From positions 356,933 to 420,932 of the forward strand of contig CAZIYE010000001.1 of the NCBI GenBank assembly GCA_964543385.1: a stretch of DNA of 64,000 nt, in the 5' to 3' direction. Positions 18,689-28,633 of this stretch are shown here, one piece after another. Under the pieces are notes generated by a model. The model made no database searches, was not told the origin of the DNA, and was given only the letters and a program-made list of their open reading frames with translations. Position numbers and translations under genes: made by a program. Source of the DNA: an uncultured Candidatus Saccharibacteria bacterium (GTDB taxonomy: Bacteria; Patescibacteriota; UBA1384; XYA2-FULL-43-10; 1-14-0-10-43-13). Numbering within the stretch: position 1 is the first letter of the stretch; each line of letters starts with the position of its first letter.

Positions 18689-19855
18689 ATGGATATATTG
18701 AAAAATGTATTTAAGCGAAAAATGCGTGCCTTTTTGACAATTTTCGGTATTGTGATCGGCATCCTGGCTCTTGTCATGATGGGTTCTATTGCTGAAAAAT
18801 TAACTCTATTAGTTGATGGTGGGACAAAATATTATTCAGATAAAGTCACTGTTTCGGAAGCCTCAAACGCTATAACAGGCTTTGGGACAAACCCTCTGTC
18901 TATCGACAAGATCGCTGACCTCGAAAAGGTTGATGGCGTTGCTAGGGCCAGTTCTGGTATAGCCATGATGCTCGACGAAGAGATGAGCTCGGTAAATATG
19001 GGCGTTCCTCCAAATATTCAAGGCACAGATTTTCGAGACGAAGGCTTTGAGAGTTTTAAGATTTTTTACTCATCCGGTAGAGCATTAGCACCCGATGATA
19101 ACGGTAAAGTTGTTGTCGGCTCTGACCTAGTAAAGAAGTTAAGCGCAAAAGTTGGGAACAAGGTAAAAATTCGCGGAAAATATTTTGAGGTCGTAGGAAT
19201 TATGGAAAAAACCCTGACTGCTCCTGATTCGGCAGTTATGATGACCCTTTTAGACTCGCAAGATCTTTATGCAAAAACCCTGCCAGAAGCTATCAGAACA
19301 CAGGTAGATATAAAAAAACTTGTTACTTCTATAGTCGTATTTCCTAAAAAAGATGTGAACCCTGACGAACTTGCTAAAAAAATTAATGCTGAGGTAAAAG
19401 GAGTAAAAGCAACCGGGCCAGCAGATTTCCAAAGGGATATCGCCGAGCCGATGAAACCATTCAAGGCAATCATCTTTGGTGTTGCATTAATTTCCTTAAT
19501 TGTTGGCGGACTCTCAATTATCAACACTATGACTATGTCTGTGTCTGAAAGAACTCGAGAAGTGGGAATCCGCAAAGCTATAGGTGCATCAGAAGGAAGC
19601 ATCATCAAACAATTCCTCCTAGAGTCAGCATTTATTGGTTTTCTTGGAGGCATTATTGGCTTAGGATTAGGATATCTTCTGACTATTTTATTGAACAAAG
19701 CAGGTGCTGACAATAACATGGCCATATTTCTGCTTACACCAAGACTAGCTATCGGATCGATTTCCTTTTCTCTATTCTTGGGGATTTTTTCAGGTATTTA
19801 TCCAGCATGGTATGCTTCTAGACTAGATCCGATTAAGGCATTAAGATACGAGTAG
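18689..19855 (+). CDS. FtsX-family ABC transporter permease (MacB/LolE-like)
   Basis: N-terminal TM, large periplasmic domain, C-terminal 3-TM FtsX domain; ATG at 18689 with AAGGGAG SD (track ORF starts upstream at 18644). Confidence 0.75.
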   Translation: MDILKNVFKRKMRAFLTIFGIVIGILALVMMGSIAEKLTLLVDGGTKYYSDKVTVSEASNAITGFGTNPLSIDKIADLEKVDGVARASSGIAMMLDEEMSSVNMGVPPNIQGTDFRDEGFESFKIFYSSGRALAPDDNGKVVVGSDLVKKLSAKVGNKVKIRGKYFEVVGIMEKTLTAPDSAVMMTLLDSQDLYAKTLPEAIRTQVDIKKLVTSIVVFPKKDVNPDELAKKINAEVKGVKATGPADFQRDIAEPMKPFKAIIFGVALISLIVGGLSIINTMTMSVSERTREVGIRKAIGASEGSIIKQFLLESAFIGFLGGIIGLGLGYLLTILLNKAGADNNMAIFLLTPRLAIGSISFSLFLGIFSGIYPAWYASRLDPIKALRYE

Positions 19856-19865
19856 AGGAATAACA

Positions 19866-20531
19866 ATGATAAAAGTAAAAAATATTTCAAAAAGATACCA
19901 ACTCGGCAAAGATAATTTTGTCGACGCATTACGAGGTGCTTCACTCGAAATTAGTGAAGGGGAAATGGTTGCAATAATGGGCCCTTCCGGCTCAGGTAAG
20001 TCGACGATGATGCATCTCATCGGCTGTCTAGACCATCCAACCAGTGGAGAATTATACTTAAATGACAAAAGATTAGATAACCTCAATAGACATGAGCTCA
20101 CAAAGGTTAGAAGCCAGGAAATAGGTTTCATCTTCCAGGGATTTAATTTAATTCCAACACTTACAGCTCTTGAAAATGTTTCTCTTGCAGCTGAGTATGC
20201 TGGAAACACCAAAGCTAAGGCCATTTCTCTAGCCGAAGAAGCGTTAGACAAGGTTGGTTTGAAGAATAGAGCAAAACATCTACCGAGTGAATTATCAGGT
20301 GGACAGCAACAAAGAGTTGCCATCGCTAGAGCCTTGGTCAACAAACCAAAAGTGATACTTGGAGACGAACCAACTGGTGATTTAGATACCGCCAGCTCTG
20401 AAGAAATTATAAATATGATGAGAAAAGTAAATAAAGAGACTAAAACAACTTTTATTTTGGTCACACACAATCCCGATGTTGCAAAATTTTGTGATCGCAC
20501 AGTCAATATGAAAGATGGTAAAATAGTTTAG
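19866..20531 (+). CDS. ABC transporter ATP-binding protein (MacB/LolD-like)
   Basis: Walker A GPSGSGKST, signature LSGGQQQRVAIARAL, Walker B ILGDEPTGDLD. Confidence 0.85.
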   Translation: MIKVKNISKRYQLGKDNFVDALRGASLEISEGEMVAIMGPSGSGKSTMMHLIGCLDHPTSGELYLNDKRLDNLNRHELTKVRSQEIGFIFQGFNLIPTLTALENVSLAAEYAGNTKAKAISLAEEALDKVGLKNRAKHLPSELSGGQQQRVAIARALVNKPKVILGDEPTGDLDTASSEEIINMMRKVNKETKTTFILVTHNPDVAKFCDRTVNMKDGKIV

Positions 20532-20636
20532 TTTACAAAAAATATATAGAACTGATACTAGAAGACGCACGCATATATTGTACATATGGGTATAAAAATG
20601 TTATAAAAAAGCAACTGCCCCAAGAGGAGATTAATC

Positions 20637-20939
20637 ATGAACAGATTGGCCAGATTCTTTTTCCGCCTGTTCGTTCCGGAAAGCAAAGCTTTCAAGAGCT
20701 TTCTACAAACAGTGTCAAACCGTCGATGCCGTCGAGAGATGGCAAAACGCTATCGTCCCAAGCCAGTCACACCTGGAATTATTACCATCATCAGGGAGTC
20801 ATGGCACCTTATGCTAGGGGCAAGTGATTGCCCCAAATGTGAAGGCGTTATGATCCCTCAAATCTTCTTTTCCAGCCCTGAAGACACGACGGGCACAAAA
20901 GGAGGTGAGGTATGCTCCAGATGTCAGCTAAAGCGCTGA
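20637..20939 (+). CDS. small basic zinc-ribbon protein (CPKC…CSRC)
   Basis: 100 aa; GAGGAG SD; two CxxC pairs 24 residues apart; G+C visibly higher than neighbours. Confidence 0.5.
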   Translation: MNRLARFFFRLFVPESKAFKSFLQTVSNRRCRREMAKRYRPKPVTPGIITIIRESWHLMLGASDCPKCEGVMIPQIFFSSPEDTTGTKGGEVCSRCQLKR

Positions 20940-21024
20940 TGACGGCAGTAATGGCAAGTTCCGGTAGTGTATGTTGTTTCGACAATGTGCGCTACCACCC
21001 ATTCACTTTTAAACATATACAAAA

Positions 21025-21055
21025 TAAAAAAGCTCCATTTCTGGAGCTTTTTTAT
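21025..21055. terminator. bidirectional intrinsic terminator
   Basis: AAAAAAGCTCCA-tttc-TGGAGCTTTTTT between convergent genes. Confidence 0.7.
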
Positions 21056-21072
21056 TTATCAGTGCAGAATAA

Positions 21073-21408
21073 TTATCTGTTGAAAGATCGTCCGCCACCA
21101 AAACCGCCATTACCACCGCCACGGTTGAAACCGTCACGTTTTTCTTGTGGTCTAGCAAGGTTGACGAAGATTTGTCTGCCTTCGATTTCTTTACCGTTCA
21201 TCTCTTTGATAGCAATCTCTGCCATCTCATCAGTTTCAAGGGTAACGAATCCAAAGCCTTTTGATCTACCATCATTGAATTTATCAGTGATGACTTTTGC
21301 TTCGACAACTACAACGCCTTCAATTTCGCTGAACATGCTAAGAAGCATTTCATCATCGACTTTGTAAGCTAAGTTGCTAACAAAAAGTTTGTTTTTTTCG
21401 TTTTGCAT
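21073..21408 (-). CDS. RRM-type RNA-binding protein with Gly-rich tail
   Basis: RNP-2 LFVSNL and RNP-1 KGFGFVTL; C-terminal RGGGNGGFGGGR. Confidence 0.8.
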   Translation of the reverse strand: MQNEKNKLFVSNLAYKVDDEMLLSMFSEIEGVVVVEAKVITDKFNDGRSKGFGFVTLETDEMAEIAIKEMNGKEIEGRQIFVNLARPQEKRDGFNRGGGNGGFGGGRSFNR

Positions 21409-21708
21409 TTTGTCCTTTTGGGATCTATTTAAAAATCGACCTTTTAGTTTTTCCCCGGCCGATTCATTTAGTACATGATACTTAAATTCAGTTGGCGAGT
21501 AATTTAACTTGGGTTAACAATACCATATTGAATAACATAAGTCAATGTCAAAGCAAGAAACTACTGTTTAAAATAAATATTTACCGCAAGATCTGCTGGC
21601 TACAATTACTCTAGACCTATCTATCTGACATATTTAAGAGTAACGTTGATAATTGGGCACAAATTCTAGTCTAGTAATAGCCCCTCTAACCGAAAGCAGA
21701 ACCTTAAA

Positions 21709-22905
21709 ATGAATATATTATTTATTTCCCCTAGTTCTCCGCGAGAAAGCATTGGCGGAGTTGAGCGATATATCAATAATCTAATTGATTATTGCAAAAA
21801 CCAACCAGAAATTAATACCAACATTCTCCTGCCGACATATGGTAAAGAATATGTTGAGGGAGATAATAATGTCACTCTGTACTTTAATAATGATATTGCA
21901 CTCGCCCCTAACATATCATCAGTGGAGGTTTCTGGTAAAGCTCGCTCTTTTGCAAATGCCGTTGAGAAGATCATCTTAGATAAGAAAGTTGATATTATTT
22001 GCGCTGAGAATTTCCAAATCGGTCTTTCGCCAGCGTATAGCATCTTGCTCAATATGATCTCCGAGATTCATAAGATACCTTTAGTTCTAAGGCTTCACTC
22101 CTTTGCAACCACCGATTTACAAAGAGAGCTTATCAACCAATTAATGTGGCAAAGGATTAGTTGTGTCAGCATCAGCGTTGCCGGAGACTGTTTTACTAAA
22201 GGTGCCGATATTCATACCCTCTCCACCGAATATCTTGGCGTGAACACAAAAGATTTTAATGACAAAAAACAAGTCAGGAAAATTAAGGATGAATTATCGC
22301 TAAATAACAAAAACAAGATTATATTAACAGCATGCCGAATTATTGATGAAAAAAATAATATACTGGCAGAAAAAGGAGTCATAAATCTTATTGAATCATT
22401 TTCAAAGATTTTACCTCGATATCCCGATCTCAAATTGTTAATTGCCGTTGGTAAACCACCCGAAAGCCTGAAGAATGAATTCAACGTTGCTCTAGAAATG
22501 TTAGCGGGGTATATACAGATTCACAACGTATCAGAGCAAACCATCATTAAAATATTCAGTTTAGAAGAAATGCCCGATGTTTACCGCGGCTCAGATATAT
22601 TTGTCTTGGCATCAGAAAACGAGACTTTCGGCCAAGTTTTTATAGAATCTATGGCGTGCGGCCTACCTGTCATCGGCACAAAAGTCGGTGGAATTCCAGA
22701 GATTATAAGCGATTCCTATAATGGTTATTTGGTTCCACCAGGAGATGCTAGCATATTGGCACAGAAGATAGAAGCAATGCTCAATAATCACTCAATAAGA
22801 GAAAGCTTTATAAAAGCTGGCAAGAAAACTATCCAAGAAAAATTTACCCTCGAAAAACAGTTTGGGAGTTTTATAGAAATGCTAAAGGGAATGATTCAAA
22901 AATAG
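21709..22905 (+). CDS. glycosyltransferase family 4 (GT-B)
   Basis: 398 aa; C-terminal …ETFGQVFIESMACGLPVIGTKVGGIPEII… GT4 motif. Confidence 0.8.
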   Translation: MNILFISPSSPRESIGGVERYINNLIDYCKNQPEINTNILLPTYGKEYVEGDNNVTLYFNNDIALAPNISSVEVSGKARSFANAVEKIILDKKVDIICAENFQIGLSPAYSILLNMISEIHKIPLVLRLHSFATTDLQRELINQLMWQRISCVSISVAGDCFTKGADIHTLSTEYLGVNTKDFNDKKQVRKIKDELSLNNKNKIILTACRIIDEKNNILAEKGVINLIESFSKILPRYPDLKLLIAVGKPPESLKNEFNVALEMLAGYIQIHNVSEQTIIKIFSLEEMPDVYRGSDIFVLASENETFGQVFIESMACGLPVIGTKVGGIPEIISDSYNGYLVPPGDASILAQKIEAMLNNHSIRESFIKAGKKTIQEKFTLEKQFGSFIEMLKGMIQK

Positions 22906-22931
22906 TTAACAGAAAATTGTACTATATACAT

Positions 22932-22964
22932 AAAAAAAGATCGATAATAATCGATCTTTTTTTA
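22932..22964. terminator. bidirectional intrinsic terminator
   Basis: AAAAAAA-GATCGAT-aata-ATCGATC-TTTTTTT. Confidence 0.65.
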
Positions 22965-23050
22965 TGGTACCCGAGGCCGGACTCGAACCGGCACGCTGTT
23001 TAGAGCAAAGGATTTTAAGTCCTTCGTGTCTACCATTCCACCACTCGGGC
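22965..23050 (-). tRNA. tRNA-Leu(TAA)
   Basis: Cloverleaf GCCCGAG…ACTTAAAAT anticodon loop…long variable arm…GGTTCGAGTCC…CTCGGGTACCA; CCA encoded. Confidence 0.85.
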
Positions 23051-23057
23051 ATATCAG

Positions 23058-24017
23058 TTACACAACTCGCCAACCGTTTCCATCAATCTCTAGCTTCCCT
23101 TCGATTGTAAAGCCAGAGGCTTTTTTATGACCACCACCACCTAGCAATTTTGCTAATTGAGCAAGATCAATATTATCACAATCAGTGCGTAAACTGCCTT
23201 TGATTTTAGCATCTTTGGTCTCATAAAGCAACAAAGCGGCCTTCGATTCTGGTGCAGAGTTTAGAAGGTTTACAAGCCCAGATACGTCATCATCGTTAGC
23301 ACCACAATCCTGTAAATCACTTTGGGTAACTACTGAAATTGATATACCTAAATCCTTGTTTAATATCATCCTATTTAAAGCAATCCCCCAAAGTTTAAAA
23401 ACGGAAACAGGTTTATGGATAGAGATATTTTCCGAAATTTTTTGTAGTTTGGCTCCTCTTTTGAGTAAGTCAGCCGCAATACCTAAGACAGTTTCCGTTG
23501 TATTTGAATGACGAAAACCACCAGTATCGTAAAAAATCCCTGTCAAAAGAGCCGTGGCCGCTGATGGAGTAATCTCGTGGTTTAGGCCAACTAGAATATT
23601 GTAGATTAACTCTGATGTGGAAGAGACATCCTCATTGGAATAATTTACATCTGCGATCTTCCAAAGATCATTTTTGGGATGATGGTCGATATTTATTACC
23701 GGGACGCCATTTCCCATAGCTAATGTTATCTCCTCGACAAAACCTGTCCTTCGGAAATCACCATTGTCCAGGAGAATAATCGCCTCAAATTCTTTTCGAG
23801 GAAAAGTATTTTCTATAAGAAGAGAATCGTTTAAATAATGTAGAATCGCTGGGGCTGCATCCCTGCAGACGAGATGAACATCCTTCTTTTTCGTCTTTAG
23901 TACCTCAGCAAGACTAAGCATAGAACCGATAGCATCGCCGTCTGGCTCAATATGGCAAACCAAAAGAAAGCTTGCTTTGTCCTCCAACAGTTTCTTTAGT
24001 TTATTGAAAGAGCCCAT
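23058..24017 (-). CDS. nrnA: DHH-family oligoribonuclease/pAp phosphatase
   Basis: …HIEPDGDAIGS…, …INIDHHPKND… DHH motifs and DHHA1-like C-terminus. Confidence 0.8.
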   Translation of the reverse strand: MGSFNKLKKLLEDKASFLLVCHIEPDGDAIGSMLSLAEVLKTKKKDVHLVCRDAAPAILHYLNDSLLIENTFPRKEFEAIILLDNGDFRRTGFVEEITLAMGNGVPVINIDHHPKNDLWKIADVNYSNEDVSSTSELIYNILVGLNHEITPSAATALLTGIFYDTGGFRHSNTTETVLGIAADLLKRGAKLQKISENISIHKPVSVFKLWGIALNRMILNKDLGISISVVTQSDLQDCGANDDDVSGLVNLLNSAPESKAALLLYETKDAKIKGSLRTDCDNIDLAQLAKLLGGGGHKKASGFTIEGKLEIDGNGWRVV

Positions 24018-24078
24018 TTAAGAAAATCCCGGGTTTAGAAGATGAAAAAACCGAATAATTATATGTCTTTTCTGGTCA

Positions 24079-24582
24079 CTATTGGTTTTTCAGAATGATG
24101 ATCTGTCTTTCTTCTTCTGGTAGATCTGATTTCCTAATCTTTAAAATATCAATCTCATTATCTGTTATTCCCTCGCTCTTCTTAAACTCAGCGATATCAC
24201 TATAAAGCATCGGGATAACGACTCGAGGATCTATTTTTGAAACCAATTTTAGAGCTACCTTCAAGTCGATAGTGTCCATTTCTCCAAGTGGAAGAAATAG
24301 AATATCAACATCCCCTATCTGTTTGATTTCTTCTTCTGAAAGTTCATGTTTAATGTGACCAAGATGACACAAATTCACCTCCTCAACTCTAGCCACATAG
24401 ATGGTATTATCTTGATCAGCAATACCGTTTAAGATAACACCACCCTTCTCATATTCTCCAGGTCCTGGAAAAGTGAAATTATTTATGGTGACTTTATCAG
24501 CCAATATGACATCGAGATCTTTTGATTTTATCTCAAAATAATCTTTGCCCTTATATTTGATCTGCATATTTCCTCCGCACAA
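24079..24582 (-). CDS. hypothetical protein (possible truncated metal-dependent hydrolase fold)
   Basis: 167 aa; …CHLGHIKHELSEEE…DILFLPLGE…; no confident family assignment. Confidence 0.35.
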   Translation of the reverse strand: MCGGNMQIKYKGKDYFEIKSKDLDVILADKVTINNFTFPGPGEYEKGGVILNGIADQDNTIYVARVEEVNLCHLGHIKHELSEEEIKQIGDVDILFLPLGEMDTIDLKVALKLVSKIDPRVVIPMLYSDIAEFKKSEGITDNEIDILKIRKSDLPEEERQIIILKNQ

Positions 24583-24653
24583 TTTAATTTCTTTAGCCAG
24601 CTTGTTTTGCCCTGTACGCCCTTAGTTCAATGGAACAAAACAATATAGAATAA

Positions 24654-25919
24654 TTATTCTGTGATCTCTTCAACCTTTTTTGTCTTTTTGACTTTTTTTC
24701 CGTCTAGGCTCGCCTTAGCCGAGACTGACGGTTTCTCTACGGCAATTGCTTCGGTTTTCTCTTCAACAACTTCAGCCTCTTCTTTTGCTTTTGTCTTGGT
24801 CTTTTCAGTTTTTCCATCAACTTTCATCGATAGACCAAGTCTATGATTTTCAGCCTCTATAGAAATAATTTGGAATTTATATTTCTTTCCGAGTTCAACA
24901 ATTTGTCCTGGATCAACGATTCTGTCTGAGGACAATTCTGAGATATGGACCAAGCCATCGATATCCTCATCTAGGGATACAAAGGCGCCAAATGGTGTAA
25001 TCTTAGTTACTTCACCTTCGACAACATCGCTAACTTTGTATTTAGAAGCTGCCTTGACCCAAGGATCTGGTAAAAGTCTTTTTACTGAAAGCGAAACACG
25101 ACCATCATCAACTGAAATTATCATTGTTTCGACTTCATCACCAACTTTGAAAAGCTTGTGTAGATCATTTACTCTTGTCCATGAAATCTCAGAAATATGT
25201 GCTAAAGCTTCAATTTCTGGATCGATTGAGACAAATAGACCAAAATCTACTATGCCGGTAATCTTACCTTTGACCCTGTCGCCAACTTTGAATTTATCAA
25301 TCTTTGTCTTGACTTCCTGAGCCTTAACAGCTTTTTCAGAGAAGATGAGTTTGTTAGTATCTTTTTCACAATTTATAACTTTTACTGCAATTTCCTGACC
25401 AATAAATCTTCGTAATCTGTTTAAAATTTCATCTTTATCACCGCCAGAAACACGTGGATAGTGAGCTGGAGCTAACTGCGAAACAGGCAAGAATCCGAGG
25501 ATTCCTCCGACATCAGCAATCAAGCCGCCCTTATTTGCATCAGTAACTTTGATAGAAACAGGTTCGCCAGTTTTATAACCATTCTCCATTTCAAGCCAGA
25601 ATTTTTCTCTGTCAGCACGTTTCATCGAGAGAACGACGTTACCGTCCTCGTCCTCCATAGCAACGACTGTTGCCATGATTTGGTCACCCTTCTTTAAGCC
25701 AGTTTTCGAAGTAATTTCTTTTTCTGGAATAAAACCAAGGGACTGTCCGGCTACATCAACCCAGATTCTGTTACCACTGACGGCTAGAATTGTTGCGTCA
25801 ATCATTTCTCCTTCAGCAAAAGGCAACAGTCTATCACCTAATTCATCAATAAGCTGCTCCATGGATTCTGCTGCTGGGGCATTTTTCTTTTCTTCTACAA
25901 TCTCTTTCTCTTCTGTCAT
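24654..25919 (-). CDS. rpsA: 30S ribosomal protein S1 (short, 4 S1 domains)
   Basis: 421 aa with repeated S1/OB folds (…GDQIMATVV…, …GDRVKGKITGI…, …GDEVETMIISV…), Lys/Glu-rich C-terminal tail. Confidence 0.85.
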   Translation of the reverse strand: MTEEKEIVEEKKNAPAAESMEQLIDELGDRLLPFAEGEMIDATILAVSGNRIWVDVAGQSLGFIPEKEITSKTGLKKGDQIMATVVAMEDEDGNVVLSMKRADREKFWLEMENGYKTGEPVSIKVTDANKGGLIADVGGILGFLPVSQLAPAHYPRVSGGDKDEILNRLRRFIGQEIAVKVINCEKDTNKLIFSEKAVKAQEVKTKIDKFKVGDRVKGKITGIVDFGLFVSIDPEIEALAHISEISWTRVNDLHKLFKVGDEVETMIISVDDGRVSLSVKRLLPDPWVKAASKYKVSDVVEGEVTKITPFGAFVSLDEDIDGLVHISELSSDRIVDPGQIVELGKKYKFQIISIEAENHRLGLSMKVDGKTEKTKTKAKEEAEVVEEKTEAIAVEKPSVSAKASLDGKKVKKTKKVEEITE

Positions 25920-26036
25920 TTTACATTTTCCTTTCTAATCCTCTGATCTCGTCTGAGATAGAGGGGGGTCATCCAGTTCTGCTGGATGTTTACCCTGTGA
26001 AATGTCGCCAATCGCCTTGGCCAATATTTCACAGGG
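25920..26036 (-). promoter_or_regulatory. structured 5' leader of rpsA (three hairpins)
   Basis: Minus strand: 11-bp stem ccctgtgaaat/atttcacaggg with 22-nt loop (25994-26036), hairpin catccag-cagaa-ctggatg (25970-25988), hairpin cctct(g)atctc-gtct-gagatagagg (25940-25964), then AAAGGA SD. Confidence 0.35.
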
Positions 26037-26060
26037 CGAACTATTGTTAATTAATAAATA

Positions 26061-26468
26061 TTATCTTTTCTTTTTTGCCTTTGATTTCGGTAAATATTTG
26101 TCAAATCTCGAGTTAGTCTCTTGCTCCTTCTGATAAACCGGTAAAAGCCTTGTTGTATTCATTGCAAGTGTAATAAGCCATGCAATAAATGTTGTTATAA
26201 CCAAAATCAGAAAAAATCTTGATGCAAGCCATGGCAATTGTTCATATCTTGCCCCCAGATGCACCATTCCCAGAAACCCAGTTAATATAGAAGGCGTTAT
26301 GTACCCCTTCCATATCTTTACATGATCTTTTCTGATGAATATCCAAAGTGTGATTCCTATCAAAATAAGCAAACAAAAGGAAATCATCAGAGGAATATAA
26401 AAATCAGATTGAACCGGTGGTACGGAGCTGAAGATAAATTCTTTTGTTAAAAACTGTGTTGTGTTCAT
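26061..26468 (-). CDS. hypothetical membrane protein (4 TM)
   Basis: 135 aa, hydrophobic; basic C-terminus (KSKAKKKR). Confidence 0.45.
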   Translation of the reverse strand: MNTTQFLTKEFIFSSVPPVQSDFYIPLMISFCLLILIGITLWIFIRKDHVKIWKGYITPSILTGFLGMVHLGARYEQLPWLASRFFLILVITTFIAWLITLAMNTTRLLPVYQKEQETNSRFDKYLPKSKAKKKR

Positions 26469-26481
26469 AATTTACTTTCTT

Positions 26482-26569
26482 TGGTGGGCAGAACAGGACT
26501 TGAACCTGCACGGGATTGCTCCCACTACCACCTCAAGGTAGCGTGTATACCAATTTCACCACCTGCCCC
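26482..26569 (-). tRNA. tRNA-Leu(GAG)
   Basis: GGGGCAGGTGGTGAAATTGG…anticodon loop TTGAGGT…long variable arm…GGTTCAAGTCC…GCCCACCA. Confidence 0.85.
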
Positions 26570-26576
26570 TATTTTA

Positions 26577-26653
26577 TGGTGCGCGCTGAGGGACTTGAAC
26601 CCCCGACATCCTCGGTGTAAACGAGGCGCTCTAGCCAACTGAGCTAAGCGCGC
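26577..26653 (-). tRNA. tRNA-Val(TAC)
   Basis: GCGCGCTTAGCTCAGTTGGCTAGAGC…loop TTTACAC…GGTTCAAGTCCC…GCGCGCACCA. Confidence 0.85.
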
Positions 26654-26779
26654 ATGATACAAAAAAACGGGCACCAACCCGAATAATACTCTTTAACAAT
26701 ATTCAAGATGGTTTAATAATTTAAGTAACTAATACAGACTATAACAAATATCTCTCAAAATGTCAAAACAGAAAAACGT

Positions 26780-26864
26780 TGGTGCCGAAGGCGGGATTTG
26801 AACCCGCAATCCGTGAGGAACACGGTTCTGAACCGTGCGCGTATGCCAATTCCGCCACTCCGGC
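26780..26864 (-). tRNA. tRNA-Leu(CAG)
   Basis: GCCGGAGTGGCGGAATTGG…loop TTCAGAA…long variable arm…GGTTCAAATCCCGCC…TTCGGCACCA. Confidence 0.85.
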
Positions 26865-26892
26865 ATTTTCCGATTCCCTTCCCCTTTTCACT

Positions 26893-28404
26893 TTATCTTT
26901 TTACCCTTTTTTCCTTTATATACCATTTCGAGATATTGTCATACCTGGAATAAGGTTGTGCACCTAAAACAGTGCCAATGCCTTTGATATTATCCTTGGC
27001 CCCAAAATTATAACTTATTGGGTCATAAAGTTGTATCAAATATTCTTTAGTAACCAGATCAAAGAATTCATCATATTTTTTATTCCTAGCCGCAACATCA
27101 GTTACCATTCTTGCATCCTCTAATAGAATATCAGAATTCTTATCAGACCAGCCTGCAAAGTTTTGGTCATTTAGCTGACTAGAATGCCAAAAAGGATACG
27201 GATCACGATCATAAGCGAAATCAAATCCATAGAGCAGTAAATCATAGTTCTTGGCTGCTAAAATATCCTGAAGCTTAACAGCACTGAAATAGAAAACTTC
27301 TAGTTGAATATTTTGGCTCACAAAATTTTTCTTTATTTCCTCTGCTTTATCGCGCTGAAGCGGAGAGTCAAGAGTTGTGAGACCAATACTGATGGCTGTA
27401 TCAAATTTTTGACCTTCAAGTATTTTCTGGCGTACAGCTTTATCTTTTAATTTATCGCTTCTTGAATTAAAAATTAAACCCAACCTACGCGACGATCTAA
27501 AATCATATTTATTTCCGATTGATGATGCCTCCCCGAAAAGACCATCTATCTTGTCATCATCTGTGAAGGCATTTTCAGCATTGCCCCTTTGGGGATAAAT
27601 CTTTATACGTAAATCTTCGATAAATACCTTGCTACCAAAATAATTATTGTTGCGTTTCAATCTTATTTCTGTAATCTTGTCAGCTTTCTTCAATACTTTA
27701 ACGAATTCAAAAGCCCCTGAACCAACTGGCTTTCTGGAAAAATCACTGCTCGATACAGCAGCTGGGAGTATGCCAAAGTTACAGTTATATATAAATGGTC
27801 CGTAAGCACTCGGTAACTCCATTAGAATAGTATACTGATCTATCACGCTGATCTGAGTATCCACCCATCTTTTATTCAATGGACTTTTCAATTCTGAGGC
27901 CTTAATAGAATCGATAGTATAAGCAACATCTTGAGCAGTGAATTGTAAATCATTAACAAATTTTACATCCTGCCTTAGATAAAAAGTATATTTTTTACCA
28001 TCAGGAGAAATCTCATATCTTTCGGCAAGTTCCGGCATGATATTGCCATCAGCAGATATTCGTATAAGACTAGAAAACATTAGGCTAGAAAGACTTTTCT
28101 CAGCATCAGTTTGAGCCAATATCGGATTTAAATATTTTATTTCTCCCAATACTGCCTCAGTGTACTGCCCCCCAACCGCTGGCTCTATGACAGTCCAACC
28201 TAAATACGATCTGTAAAACTTGAACCCCAAGAGGGATATAGAAACAAAAAGGAGCGTAAACATTAAATATCGCTCCTTTTTTGCCATCAAACCATAGCTC
28301 GTACTAATATTTTTCAATATACTGAATAAAAGTGAAAAAGGTTTCTTTAGAAACCCAAAAAAATTACTATCCCTCCAAGAGGAAATTTTAAATTTATACT
28401 TCAT
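26893..28404 (-). CDS. ABC transporter substrate-binding protein, family 5 (oligopeptide/nickel type), solitary
   Basis: 503 aa; SBP_bac_5-like core (…YTFYLRQDVKFVNDLQFTAQDVAYTI…); probable start at internal MAKKERYLMFTLLFVSI (signal anchor). No permease gene adjacent. Confidence 0.7.
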   Translation of the reverse strand: MKYKFKISSWRDSNFFGFLKKPFSLLFSILKNISTSYGLMAKKERYLMFTLLFVSISLLGFKFYRSYLGWTVIEPAVGGQYTEAVLGEIKYLNPILAQTDAEKSLSSLMFSSLIRISADGNIMPELAERYEISPDGKKYTFYLRQDVKFVNDLQFTAQDVAYTIDSIKASELKSPLNKRWVDTQISVIDQYTILMELPSAYGPFIYNCNFGILPAAVSSSDFSRKPVGSGAFEFVKVLKKADKITEIRLKRNNNYFGSKVFIEDLRIKIYPQRGNAENAFTDDDKIDGLFGEASSIGNKYDFRSSRRLGLIFNSRSDKLKDKAVRQKILEGQKFDTAISIGLTTLDSPLQRDKAEEIKKNFVSQNIQLEVFYFSAVKLQDILAAKNYDLLLYGFDFAYDRDPYPFWHSSQLNDQNFAGWSDKNSDILLEDARMVTDVAARNKKYDEFFDLVTKEYLIQLYDPISYNFGAKDNIKGIGTVLGAQPYSRYDNISKWYIKEKRVKR

Positions 28405-28407
28405 AAT

Positions 28408-28626
28408 TTAAGCAAAGAATACAGAGAAGAGGGCAATGGTACAGAACAAAACAGCAACTACTATAGTAGCGTAAAATAAGAACTTTTCGACCCCGCGACG
28501 TGAACGGTAGACATTTCCCTCTCCTCCAAAAGCCATACCTAAACCCGAACCGCGTTGTTGCAGCAATACTAAAACGATTAGCAATACTGCAAAAATAATT
28601 TGTAAAATTTTAAATGTGTCAATCAT
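28408..28626 (-). CDS. secG: preprotein translocase subunit SecG
   Basis: MIDTFKILQIIFAVLLIVLVLLQQRGSGLGMAFGG… typical SecG. The track ORF extends to 28794 but that would overlap tRNA-Trp, so start is taken at 28626. Confidence 0.7.
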   Translation of the reverse strand: MIDTFKILQIIFAVLLIVLVLLQQRGSGLGMAFGGEGNVYRSRRGVEKFLFYATIVVAVLFCTIALFSVFFA

Positions 28627-28633
28627 AATTTTT

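Noticed and set aside
19267-20506. Minus-strand ORFs 19267..19725 and 19841..20506
   Set aside because: Antisense to the well-supported FtsX permease and ABC ATPase genes.
20912-21367. 151-aa plus-strand ORF
   Set aside because: Runs through a bidirectional terminator and antisense to the RRM-protein gene; Pro/Ser-rich junk translation.
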